Origin: Bacteroidaceae bacterium
GTDB lineage: Bacteria; Bacteroidota; Bacteroidia; Bacteroidales; UBA932
Assembly (NCBI GenBank): GCA_963661285.1
Contig: CAVLBF010000005.1
Span: forward strand, 32,006 to 96,005
Length of the DNA stretch: 64,000 nt
Reading direction: 5' to 3'
Below the pieces are notes generated by a model, which worked only from the letters and a program-made list of their open reading frames with translations, was not told the origin of the DNA and searched no databases. Below, piece by piece: positions 56,348 through 64,000 of this stretch. A program made the position numbers and the translations under genes. Every line of letters begins with the position of its first letter. The first letter of the stretch is position 1.

Positions 56348-59300
56348 TCTGTTGCCTCCTTAGGACGCTTATCCTTTGCGAAAATCTGCCAATATGATAC
56401 CGGCATAATCAGGGTTATCAGTACGATTGTGAGCAGGGTACCGAAGCATATCACCACTCCCATCGGCAGCCAGAGCTGGTCGCCGGAGATGATGATGGGC
56501 AGAACTCCGAGCGCGGTGGTGCAGGAAGTGAGGAATATAGGCCTCATACGGCGCTTGCCCGCCAGCTCGGCGGCTTCCTTGACCGGAAGTCCCTCGCCGA
56601 AGCGGAGTTCCTCCGCGTATTCGAACATTATGATGCCGTTGCGGACTATGATGCCCACCAGGCTTATGAGCCCGAGCACGGCCGTCATACTGAAGTCCAG
56701 ACCGAACAGCCAGAGCCCGAAGAACGCCCCGAAGATGCAGAGGCTGCTGAGCGCGATGGTCGTCAGCGCGAGGGAAATCTTCCTGAAGTGGAAGAGCAGG
56801 AAGAAGAACAGCACCGCGACCGCGCAGATAAAGGAGAGCGCAATCTCAGGGATTACCGTCTCGTTGATGGAGGACAGTCCGCCGTACTCGACCTTTACCC
56901 CCTCCGGCAGCTCCAAACCGTCGACGAAGCGCTCGATTTTCTCCATTGCCACAGGCTGGCTGTTGCCGAACTTCATATCGGCGGAGATTATGATGACCTC
57001 GTCTCCGGCCAGCCTTGTCATCTGGGCCGGGCCCCAGTCCGGTTCGATTTCGGCCACCTGACGCAGAGGCACATAGATTCCGGGGATGGAGGTCGCAATC
57101 TGCTGGTCGCCGATGACCTCGTAAGTCATCCCATCGGAGACGGATTTGCTGTAGAGCTTGATCGGGGTGGATTTGTCGCCCTCCCGGAGGGTGGCTATGG
57201 ACTGGCCGTTGAACGCTCCGGCGAGCGAGAGCGAGAGCATCGTGCGGTTGACCCCGAGCCTCACGGACTCCTCCGGGTCGAGCGTGACCTCAATGCTGCT
57301 CCTGTAGCCGTCGGCGGTGCTGTTGACCCACTGGAGCTCGTCGTCCAGGGTGCGCATATAGTTGCGGATGCTGTCCGAGACGCTCTTCATCTGATCGTAG
57401 TCCTTGCCGCTCACGATGATTTCGACCGGGGTGACGGCCTGATAATCCATCTGTTTGGTGCGTATGAGGGCATCCGGAAAGTAGTGCTGGTATTTCTCGG
57501 TGTACTCCGGAAGGATTTCGGTGGTTGCCTTTGAGGATACGGTATTGACTATCAGCTGGGCGATGTTGGGCGCGGGCAGTGACGGCGAGTATGTGGCGGT
57601 GAATCGGGGTGCGCTGCTGCCGATGAACGCCGTCACGGATTCCACTCTCTTGTCGCGCAGCATCATCCTCTGGAGCGAGTCGGTCACTGCCTTGGTCCGG
57701 TCAAGTCCGGCGTTGCTGTCGAGAGTGACTTCCATCGCGAAGAAGTCCCTGTCGGCCTTAGGCATCATCTGTATCGTGAGCCCCTTGAACATCACTATGC
57801 CCAGTGCCACGGCCCCCACGCCCGCGAGAATGGTGAGCTTCGGGAAGCGGAAGCAGAAGTCCTGCGCCTTGTTGTAGGCCTTCTGCAGGCCGTTGAAGAA
57901 TACCGACTGGGCGCGGCTCAAGATGCTTTCCCTCTCCGAGCGGGCAGTCTTGATGAAGCGGACTTCCAGCGAAGGCACCACGAATATGGCATAGAGCAGC
58001 GAAGTCATCAGGGCAATCGTGATTACCCAGGGGAAGAGTTGGATGAAGTCGCCCAGATAGCCGGAGACGAGTCCGAGGATAGGGTAGAACATCGCGCAGA
58101 TGGCGGTGGTGGCCATAACCATAGGAGGGATGAGCTCGTGCGAACTGGCCACGGCGGCCTCCAGCCGGCCCTTTCCGCCCGCAAGATGGCCCATATAGCC
58201 GTCCATCGTGATGATGGAGTCGTCCACTATCATTCCGAGGACAACTATCAGTGCAGCCAGCGTGACCGTATTCAGTTCGATGCCGGTAAGATACATCACC
58301 GCAACGGCGATTGCCGTGCAGACCGGTACGCCTGAGCTCGCAATCAGCGCGGAACGTATCGGGAACAGCATCAGCATCACGAAGATGACCACGAGCATCG
58401 AAATCACCAGATCCCTGAGGAACGAGAATACCGAATTCCCGACCACTTTCGGCTGGTCGGTAATCTTGCTCATCGTGACGCTGTCCGGGAGCTCCTCTTC
58501 GAACTCGGAGAGCACCTTGTCGATTTCTTCGCCGAATGCGACGATGTTGTTGTTCTGGCGCATCTCCACGGAGAGGATGAGGGTAGAGCCGCCGTCGTTG
58601 TAGCTGACGAACGAACCCGGCTTTGAAACTCGTCTCTCGATGGTCGCTATATCCTTGAGCCTTACTATGTTGCCCTTGGGGTCGCTGTAGATTATCCTGT
58701 CGGCGATCTCCTGTTCGCTCTCCACCAGAGAGCTGATGTGGATGGGGGCGTTGGCGTAGTCGGTCTCGAACGTGCCGCTCGGGGCCTGCAGGGAAGAGGT
58801 CTGGTAGCCGAGAGTCAGGGATGCCGGACTGATGCCGTAGGCGGAGAGTTTCTCAAGATCCACGCTGACCGCGATTTCCTCGCTTACATCGCCGTATATC
58901 TTGAAGCTCCCGAGCTCCGGAATCTTGCGCAGACGGTCTCCCAGATCCTCGGCGTATTCCCTGAGTTCGCCGTAGTCCTTGTCGGGGGATTCCATAGCGA
59001 TCAGGGTGGAGGATACTGCGGAGAAGTCGTCCAGCACTATCACGGCCAGCACTCCCGGAGGGAGCGTGGGCTTGGCCTCGCTCAGGCGGAGGCGTATCTT
59101 GGACCATACCTCGTCCTTCTTCCTGATGGGAATCTTGACATCCGTGTAGATGTAGCAGATGCCGTCCTTGGAGACTGTCTTGAGCGTCTTGCGGTTGATT
59201 TCCTTCATCGCGAAGAGCACGTCTTCCAGAGGTTTGGCCACCTCCTCTTCGACCTGCTCCGGCGACGCGCCCGGATAGACTGCGGCGACGAGCCCCTGGG

Positions 59301-59442
59301 TAAGCTCGAAGCTCGGGTACTCGTCCTTGTTGATGTCTCTGATGCCGTATATGCCCAGCAGAATCAGCAGCGCGAGTATCAGATAGACGATGTGCTTATT
59401 GCGTATCGTCCATTCTATCACTGATTTGCGATTCTGTGCCAT
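56344..59442 (-). CDS. RND efflux permease (AcrB/AcrD/AcrF family)
   Basis: 1032 aa; YPGASPEQVE, LGMIVDDSII, GIIVRNGI, RMRPIFLTS. Confidence 0.95.
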   Translation of the reverse strand: MAQNRKSVIEWTIRNKHIVYLILALLILLGIYGIRDINKDEYPSFELTQGLVAAVYPGASPEQVEEEVAKPLEDVLFAMKEINRKTLKTVSKDGICYIYTDVKIPIRKKDEVWSKIRLRLSEAKPTLPPGVLAVIVLDDFSAVSSTLIAMESPDKDYGELREYAEDLGDRLRKIPELGSFKIYGDVSEEIAVSVDLEKLSAYGISPASLTLGYQTSSLQAPSGTFETDYANAPIHISSLVESEQEIADRIIYSDPKGNIVRLKDIATIERRVSKPGSFVSYNDGGSTLILSVEMRQNNNIVAFGEEIDKVLSEFEEELPDSVTMSKITDQPKVVGNSVFSFLRDLVISMLVVIFVMLMLFPIRSALIASSGVPVCTAIAVAVMYLTGIELNTVTLAALIVVLGMIVDDSIITMDGYMGHLAGGKGRLEAAVASSHELIPPMVMATTAICAMFYPILGLVSGYLGDFIQLFPWVITIALMTSLLYAIFVVPSLEVRFIKTARSERESILSRAQSVFFNGLQKAYNKAQDFCFRFPKLTILAGVGAVALGIVMFKGLTIQMMPKADRDFFAMEVTLDSNAGLDRTKAVTDSLQRMMLRDKRVESVTAFIGSSAPRFTATYSPSLPAPNIAQLIVNTVSSKATTEILPEYTEKYQHYFPDALIRTKQMDYQAVTPVEIIVSGKDYDQMKSVSDSIRNYMRTLDDELQWVNSTADGYRSSIEVTLDPEESVRLGVNRTMLSLSLAGAFNGQSIATLREGDKSTPIKLYSKSVSDGMTYEVIGDQQIATSIPGIYVPLRQVAEIEPDWGPAQMTRLAGDEVIIISADMKFGNSQPVAMEKIERFVDGLELPEGVKVEYGGLSSINETVIPEIALSFICAVAVLFFFLLFHFRKISLALTTIALSSLCIFGAFFGLWLFGLDFSMTAVLGLISLVGIIVRNGIIMFEYAEELRFGEGLPVKEAAELAGKRRMRPIFLTSCTTALGVLPIIISGDQLWLPMGVVICFGTLLTIVLITLIMPVSYWQIFAKDKRPKEATE

Positions 59443-60470
59443 TACTGTTCAATCTTGACTTTCATCCCGGAGGAGACTTTCTGGTAGCCGCGCACGATGA
59501 CCTGGTCGCCGTCGCCGAGGCCCTCGGTGACAAGCACTCCCTTGCCGGAGAACCCTCCCAGTTTTATAGGCTGCCTGTGCACTATGCCGTCTCTTACGAG
59601 CCAGACATAGCGCCCGTCGCTGCCGGTCTGGACGATTGAAGCGGGGATTACCGCTCCGCTTACCTCGTCTCCGCTCAGGCTGACCTTGCAGACCATTCCG
59701 GGCATAAGCCCCTGAGGAACTGTCTGGAGAGCGGCGGTACATTCATAACAGTGCGAGAGCGGGGAGGCCACGACCCCCTTGGACTCGATCCTGGCGGGAA
59801 TGCCGCCGAGATTGAGCGCACCGATTTCGATGCTGACCCTCTGGCCCTCGTATGCGGCGCCGATTTCGTTTTCCGGAATGGAGAAGCGTATCTCCGGACT
59901 GCTGATGTCCACTATTCTGGCCACAGGCCCGAGCGGGTCGACGCTCACGCCCTCTTCGGTGAGGATTTCGTTGATTACGCCGTCGAACGGTGAGCGTATC
60001 GTGCATTCTTCTAAGGCTTTGGATGCCGACGCTGCGGCTGCGCGGGCCTGCTTGAGCTTGGAGTCGACCTCCACCATCTTCACATCGGCGATGCTCCCGC
60101 TTTCGTGTACCTGACGCGCTCGTTTGTAGCCGTCTTCGGCCTGCGCCAGGCTGGCCTGAGCCATATCATAGGCGCTCTTGACGCTTTGGGATTCCACAAT
60201 GGCGATGACCTGACCCTTGCTGACACGCTCGCCTCTCTTTACTTCGAGCGCGGTGAGAGTGCCGGAATGCCTGCTGGAGATGAGAGCCGACCTGGAAGGC
60301 TCCACCGTGCCTACATATCCGCTGCTTGCCCGGCTGCTGCCGACGGTGATTTCCTGCACATAGACGCCGACCGGCTCCCTGCGGCTTTCGTCAGTCCTTA
60401 TCAGCGGGAGATGCTTGCAGGAGGGCAGCAGCACGATTGCCGCCGCCGCGCACATAATAAGACGTCTCAT
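59442..60470 (-). CDS. RND periplasmic adaptor (MFP), lipoprotein
   Basis: Lipobox LPSC; VKRGERVSKGQVIA, IRSPFDG, LMPGM, GLGDGDQVIV. Confidence 0.92.
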   Translation of the reverse strand: MRRLIMCAAAAIVLLPSCKHLPLIRTDESRREPVGVYVQEITVGSSRASSGYVGTVEPSRSALISSRHSGTLTALEVKRGERVSKGQVIAIVESQSVKSAYDMAQASLAQAEDGYKRARQVHESGSIADVKMVEVDSKLKQARAAAASASKALEECTIRSPFDGVINEILTEEGVSVDPLGPVARIVDISSPEIRFSIPENEIGAAYEGQRVSIEIGALNLGGIPARIESKGVVASPLSHCYECTAALQTVPQGLMPGMVCKVSLSGDEVSGAVIPASIVQTGSDGRYVWLVRDGIVHRQPIKLGGFSGKGVLVTEGLGDGDQVIVRGYQKVSSGMKVKIEQ

Positions 60471-60979
60471 CGGTCGTTCGAGCTTGCGACGCAAGTTATC
60501 TTGCTGTCAGTCAGTTTGTAGGTTTTGCCGCGACGGCTGATTTCCGTCTCCGCCGCCGTGAAGTCCATCAGCACTATGTCGTCCAGTTTTGTGCCCACGC
60601 CGCTCAGGCGGAGCTTGAACTTCATCAGGTTGGAGCCGAGATGTTTCTCGCCGCCCTGAATTATGAGCTTGCCGTCCTCGACCTTGGCCTCGAATGTGGT
60701 GACATCTCCGGCCAGGGCGTTCATCGTCACTACCATTGTCCCGTCCTTCTTGTCCCGGGTGAGGATGTTCATCTGGCCGGACTCCGGATTGAGGGTGAGC
60801 GTAAGCACTTCCGGCTCAACCGCTTCTGCGGTGTCATCGGATTGTTCCACGATTTCGGTGAGGGTGACCTCACCGCTGAGCTTGTAGGAGTAATAGCCCT
60901 CAAACAGTTTCACTCCGTCCTTGGTGCAGGAGCAGAGCGCGGCGGCCGTCAATGCCGCTGCGAGCAAGGTTCTTTTCAT
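60467..60979 (-). CDS. Hypothetical lipoprotein within the efflux operon
   Basis: MKRTLLAAALTAAALCSC; beta-rich; ATGA overlap with the MFP gene; start could be up to 60997. Confidence 0.7.
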   Translation of the reverse strand: MKRTLLAAALTAAALCSCTKDGVKLFEGYYSYKLSGEVTLTEIVEQSDDTAEAVEPEVLTLTLNPESGQMNILTRDKKDGTMVVTMNALAGDVTTFEAKVEDGKLIIQGGEKHLGSNLMKFKLRLSGVGTKLDDIVLMDFTAAETEISRRGKTYKLTDSKITCVASSNDR

Positions 60980-60996
60980 TCTATTCATATTTTGCA

Positions 60997-61581
60997 TTAA
61001 TTACATCTGATGAGGAAATCCACCATTTCGTTGTATGTCGAGCGGGAGGCGCTTTCGTCTTTGGAGACGATGAACTGGGCCTCAACCCCTTTCAGAAGCA
61101 TCTCCAGCATATCCGCGAAAGCATCGGGGCTCACTCCGGAATTGAGGATTCCCGCAGCCCGGCCGTAGGAGCAGACCGCGTTGAAATAGTCCTTTTCCCA
61201 GCTGTCGAATTCCTCACGCGCCCTGCGGACTATCTCTTCCGGCTCGCCTCCGCCTCCGCTGTACTGCACGGGAGCGAACCTCCTGAAGAGGGCGGAGCCG
61301 GTGATTGCTTCCATCCGTTCCTTGAGATAGTTGCGCAGGTTGTCCGGATTGCCTTTCACCGGCATTTTACGCAGAGTCTGGAGCTCGTCCATAATTCTGC
61401 CGAATTCGCCTCGGATCACCGCGTCGAATATCTCGGACTTGCCGTTGAAGTAGTAATAGACGGAGGTCTTGGCCTTGTGGGCGAGACGGGCTATTTCTTC
61501 GACAGTGGTCTTGTCGTAGCCGTATTGGGCGAACGCTTCCGCGCCCGCATTGAGTATGGTTTCTCTGATTTTGTCTGCCAT
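60997..61581 (-). CDS. TetR/AcrR family regulator
   Basis: FAQYGYDKTTVEEIARLAHKAKTSVYYYFNGK. Confidence 0.92.
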   Translation of the reverse strand: MADKIRETILNAGAEAFAQYGYDKTTVEEIARLAHKAKTSVYYYFNGKSEIFDAVIRGEFGRIMDELQTLRKMPVKGNPDNLRNYLKERMEAITGSALFRRFAPVQYSGGGGEPEEIVRRAREEFDSWEKDYFNAVCSYGRAAGILNSGVSPDAFADMLEMLLKGVEAQFIVSKDESASRSTYNEMVDFLIRCN

Positions 61582-61736
61582 TTTGTCGAACTTTCGAACA
61601 ATTCCGTATTTCCGTACAAATTCCGTGCCCGATTGCCGCCGAAAGGAAAGTTTGCTCTTGTCAGCTTTATGTCGTATATTGGCCCTGCCTGACTCGCGGC
61701 TTCGGGCCGTGGGGAGGGTCTATTATACTTACAACT

Positions 61737-62423
61737 ATGAAAATGAAAGATTTATGCGAGAGCGAACGGCCTCGCGAGAAGATGATGCTGCGCGGGGCTT
61801 CGAGCCTCAGCGACGGGGAACTGCTCGCTGTGCTGCTGCGGGGCGGCAGGCGCGGCGAGAGTGCGCTGGAACTTGCTCAACGGCTGCTCAATATGACTGA
61901 CGGGCATCTGGGCGAACTCTTCAATCTCTCTCCGGAGAAGATGTGCACGGTGCCGGGGATGGGCTTCACTAAAGCCGCCTCCGTGCTTGCGGCCTTTGAA
62001 CTGGGGAGGCGCTTCCTTTCCGAGGGTGCATACGTAGACAAGAAGCCCGTCGTCACGGCGCGGATGGTCTTCGACATTATGATGCCGCAGCTCAAGGGTC
62101 TTAGGCACGAGGAATGCTGGATTCTGCTGCTCAACGACAGCAGCTATATGACTTCCAAGATCAAGCTCACCAGCGGGGGAGGCAGGTCGACCGTGATCGA
62201 CGTGAGGCAGGTCGTGCGCTTTGCGCTGGAGAGGAACGCCTCGGGCATCATCCTGGTCCACAATCACCCCAGCGGCAATCCCCATCCGAGCAACGCCGAC
62301 GTCAGTCAGACCGACTCCCTGCACAAGGCTGCCGCCGCCTGTGCCATAGACCTGCTCGACCACGTGGTCGTCTGCGATGACTGCTTCTTCTCCTTCTCCG
62401 AGGACAGGATGTATCAGATGTGA
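61737..62423 (+). CDS. radC: RadC family JAB-domain protein
   Basis: ERPREK, LSDGELLA, HhH PGMGFTKA, HEE, HNHPSGNPHPSNAD, LLDHVV. Confidence 0.93.
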   Translation: MKMKDLCESERPREKMMLRGASSLSDGELLAVLLRGGRRGESALELAQRLLNMTDGHLGELFNLSPEKMCTVPGMGFTKAASVLAAFELGRRFLSEGAYVDKKPVVTARMVFDIMMPQLKGLRHEECWILLLNDSSYMTSKIKLTSGGGRSTVIDVRQVVRFALERNASGIILVHNHPSGNPHPSNADVSQTDSLHKAAAACAIDLLDHVVVCDDCFFSFSEDRMYQM

Positions 62424-62438
62424 GCCGTGCGACGGGTC

Positions 62439-62840
62439 TTAGCCGAAGTCGTCGTATTTGGGCTTGAGGATTTCGGAATAGAGGATGAGTTTCTTCCGGT
62501 CTTTTCTGATTTCTTCAGCGGCGGGGCTTGTCCCTGAACTTGGCTCCTGCCTGCTGCGGGCCTGCTGAGCGCTTCTGCCCGGCATCGTCTGGACCTTGGC
62601 CGCCGCCGTGCCTGCTGAAGGTGCCGCCTTGACTGCCGGCGACGCGGTCTCGCGCCTGAGAGCCCCCGTACTCTCTTCCGCTTCCTTCTTACTTCGTTCC
62701 AACGCCTCGAAATCTATCGGTTCGGCGTTTATCTGAGGAGCTTTCCGTCTGGATTTGGCCTTCTTGTCGATGATTGCCGCCGCTATCGGAATGGAGAACG
62801 TCAACAGGGCCAGCGCTACGCTTTTTATCTCGAAACTCAT
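62439..62840 (-). CDS. Hypothetical membrane-anchored protein
   Basis: N-terminal hydrophobic segment, low-complexity middle, tail KLILYSEILKPKY. Confidence 0.7.
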   Translation of the reverse strand: MSFEIKSVALALLTFSIPIAAAIIDKKAKSRRKAPQINAEPIDFEALERSKKEAEESTGALRRETASPAVKAAPSAGTAAAKVQTMPGRSAQQARSRQEPSSGTSPAAEEIRKDRKKLILYSEILKPKYDDFG

Positions 62841-62843
62841 ATC

Positions 62844-63533
62844 TCAGAACAGGTTTTTCTTGCTGACCGTGGCGACGAACTGCTTGAGGTAGAACGGCTC
62901 GAAGTAGGCGCAGTCCCGGAATTCTCCCCTGTCCAGCGCCTCCTGCGCCGGGACGAGCATCGACGAGGCCCTTGGATGCTCCTGTACGAACACGGCGTTC
63001 GGGGACCGGATGACGGAGGAACACTTCTCCGCCGCGTCTCCGATGAACAGCACCGGACCCTCTTCGAGCAGAGCGCCGAAGCTCCCGGCATCTATGATGC
63101 GGGGCTCCACCTCAGTTTTCCTCACGCCTTCAGGAGAATAGACGGCAGTGTAGACCTCCATCCTGCGCGCGTCCACCATCGGCACGATGGCTCTGCATCC
63201 CTCCGGTAGTCCGCGCTCCAGGGCTTGACGCGCCAGAATGTCGAGAGTCCCGACTGCGAGCAGCGGAATCCCCGCCGCGAAGCACAGGCCCTTGGCGGTG
63301 GACACGCCGACCCTCAGCCCGGTGTAGGACCCCGGCCCGGCGCTGACGCAGACCGCATCGCAGTCGCCCATAGCAAGGCCCTGCGAGGCGAGAACCTCTT
63401 TCACGAAAGGCGCGGTCATCGCCGCGTGAGCCTTGGGAGTGTCGCTCTCCCTGCTCGCCGCGATTCTGCCTCCGTCTGCCAGAGCCACGGAGCACAGGGC
63501 GGTCGATGTCTCGATGAGAATGATTCTGCTCAT
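62844..63533 (-). CDS. tsaB: tRNA threonylcarbamoyladenosine biosynthesis protein TsaB
   Basis: IETSTALCSVAL, GPGSYTGLRVG, DARRMEVY, EPFYLK. Confidence 0.95.
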   Translation of the reverse strand: MSRIILIETSTALCSVALADGGRIAASRESDTPKAHAAMTAPFVKEVLASQGLAMGDCDAVCVSAGPGSYTGLRVGVSTAKGLCFAAGIPLLAVGTLDILARQALERGLPEGCRAIVPMVDARRMEVYTAVYSPEGVRKTEVEPRIIDAGSFGALLEEGPVLFIGDAAEKCSSVIRSPNAVFVQEHPRASSMLVPAQEALDRGEFRDCAYFEPFYLKQFVATVSKKNLF

Positions 63534-63542
63534 AAGTCAAGT

Positions 63543-64000
63543 TTATATTGTTATTCCAAGGCCGCTTCCCGCCTCGTTTATGAAGGACTTGAGGAACGGG
63601 AAGACGGTAGATGCCAGATTCCTGAGGGCCTGATAGACGACCGCGTCACTGAGCCTCTCCGGCTCCACGAAACCGACGGTGGAGTTGAGAGCTTCGAAGA
63701 CCATAATGAGAAGCCCGAGCACAAGGGCTACCTTGAACACTCCGAACACCAGGCCGAGAAGGCCGTTGATCCAGCCCAGGAACACTATCTTCAGCAGTCT
63801 GGTCAACAGCGAGCCCGCAAGCCCCAGCAGCAGCACGAACAGCAGCACGATGACGACGAAGCTCACTATCCGCAGGAGTTCCGGCTCCAGAGTGAAATAC
63901 TGTGCGAGCCACGCGCTGAGCGAGGCCGAGAAGCTGAACGCCGCCCATACGCCGGCGACTATGGCCACTATCTCCACCACCTGCTTGACAAAGCCCTTTC
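63543..64000 (-). CDS. CvpA family membrane protein (5' end outside the window)
   Basis: KGFVKQVVEIVA...; GWINGLLGLVFG; multi-TM. Confidence 0.8.
   Translation of the reverse strand, partial: KGFVKQVVEIVAIVAGVWAAFSFSASLSAWLAQYFTLEPELLRIVSFVVIVLLFVLLLGLAGSLLTRLLKIVFLGWINGLLGLVFGVFKVALVLGLLIMVFEALNSTVGFVEPERLSDAVVYQALRNLASTVFPFLKSFINEAGSGLGITI

Noticed and set aside
743..63948. Many long antisense or alternate-frame ORFs (e.g. 17530-19008, 23534-24889, 37526-38896, 45504-46385)
   Set aside because: Shadow frames of well-supported genes with high third-position GC; no recognisable motifs.
1..64000. CTAG scarcity and a possible alternative genetic code
   Set aside because: CTAG under-representation is common in bacteria and several sites exist; TAA, TAG and TGA all end conserved genes at expected lengths.

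Overview
GC-rich chromosomal segment from a Bacteroidales-type bacterium, judged from TAnnTTTG promoters, BACON lipoproteins, TonB-dependent receptors and the tRNA-Glu/rpsT/tRNA-Pro order. The backbone is housekeeping: polA, a miaA-like gene, smpB, metK with a SAM-II-like riboswitch, gpmI, manA, rnr, rsgA, a polyprenyl synthetase, def, ruvX, dxr, rseP, rpsT, radC and tsaB. Three things stand out. (1) A SusD-less outer-membrane locus (4775-21140) of two TonB-dependent receptors, OB-fold/BACON lipoproteins and two secreted nucleases, which looks like an extracellular nucleic-acid utilisation system. (2) Two integrase-free accessory hotspots (10101-13165 and 30276-37182), where cassettes are bounded by duplicated ends of neighbouring genes (17 bp and 72 bp) and carry internally deleted gene remnants, orphan promoters, TA modules and short repeat arrays. 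(3) Near-total absence of the tetramer CATG: my manual scan found one site in 64 kb, inside a dead methyltransferase. All family calls come from motif recognition by eye; no searches were run.
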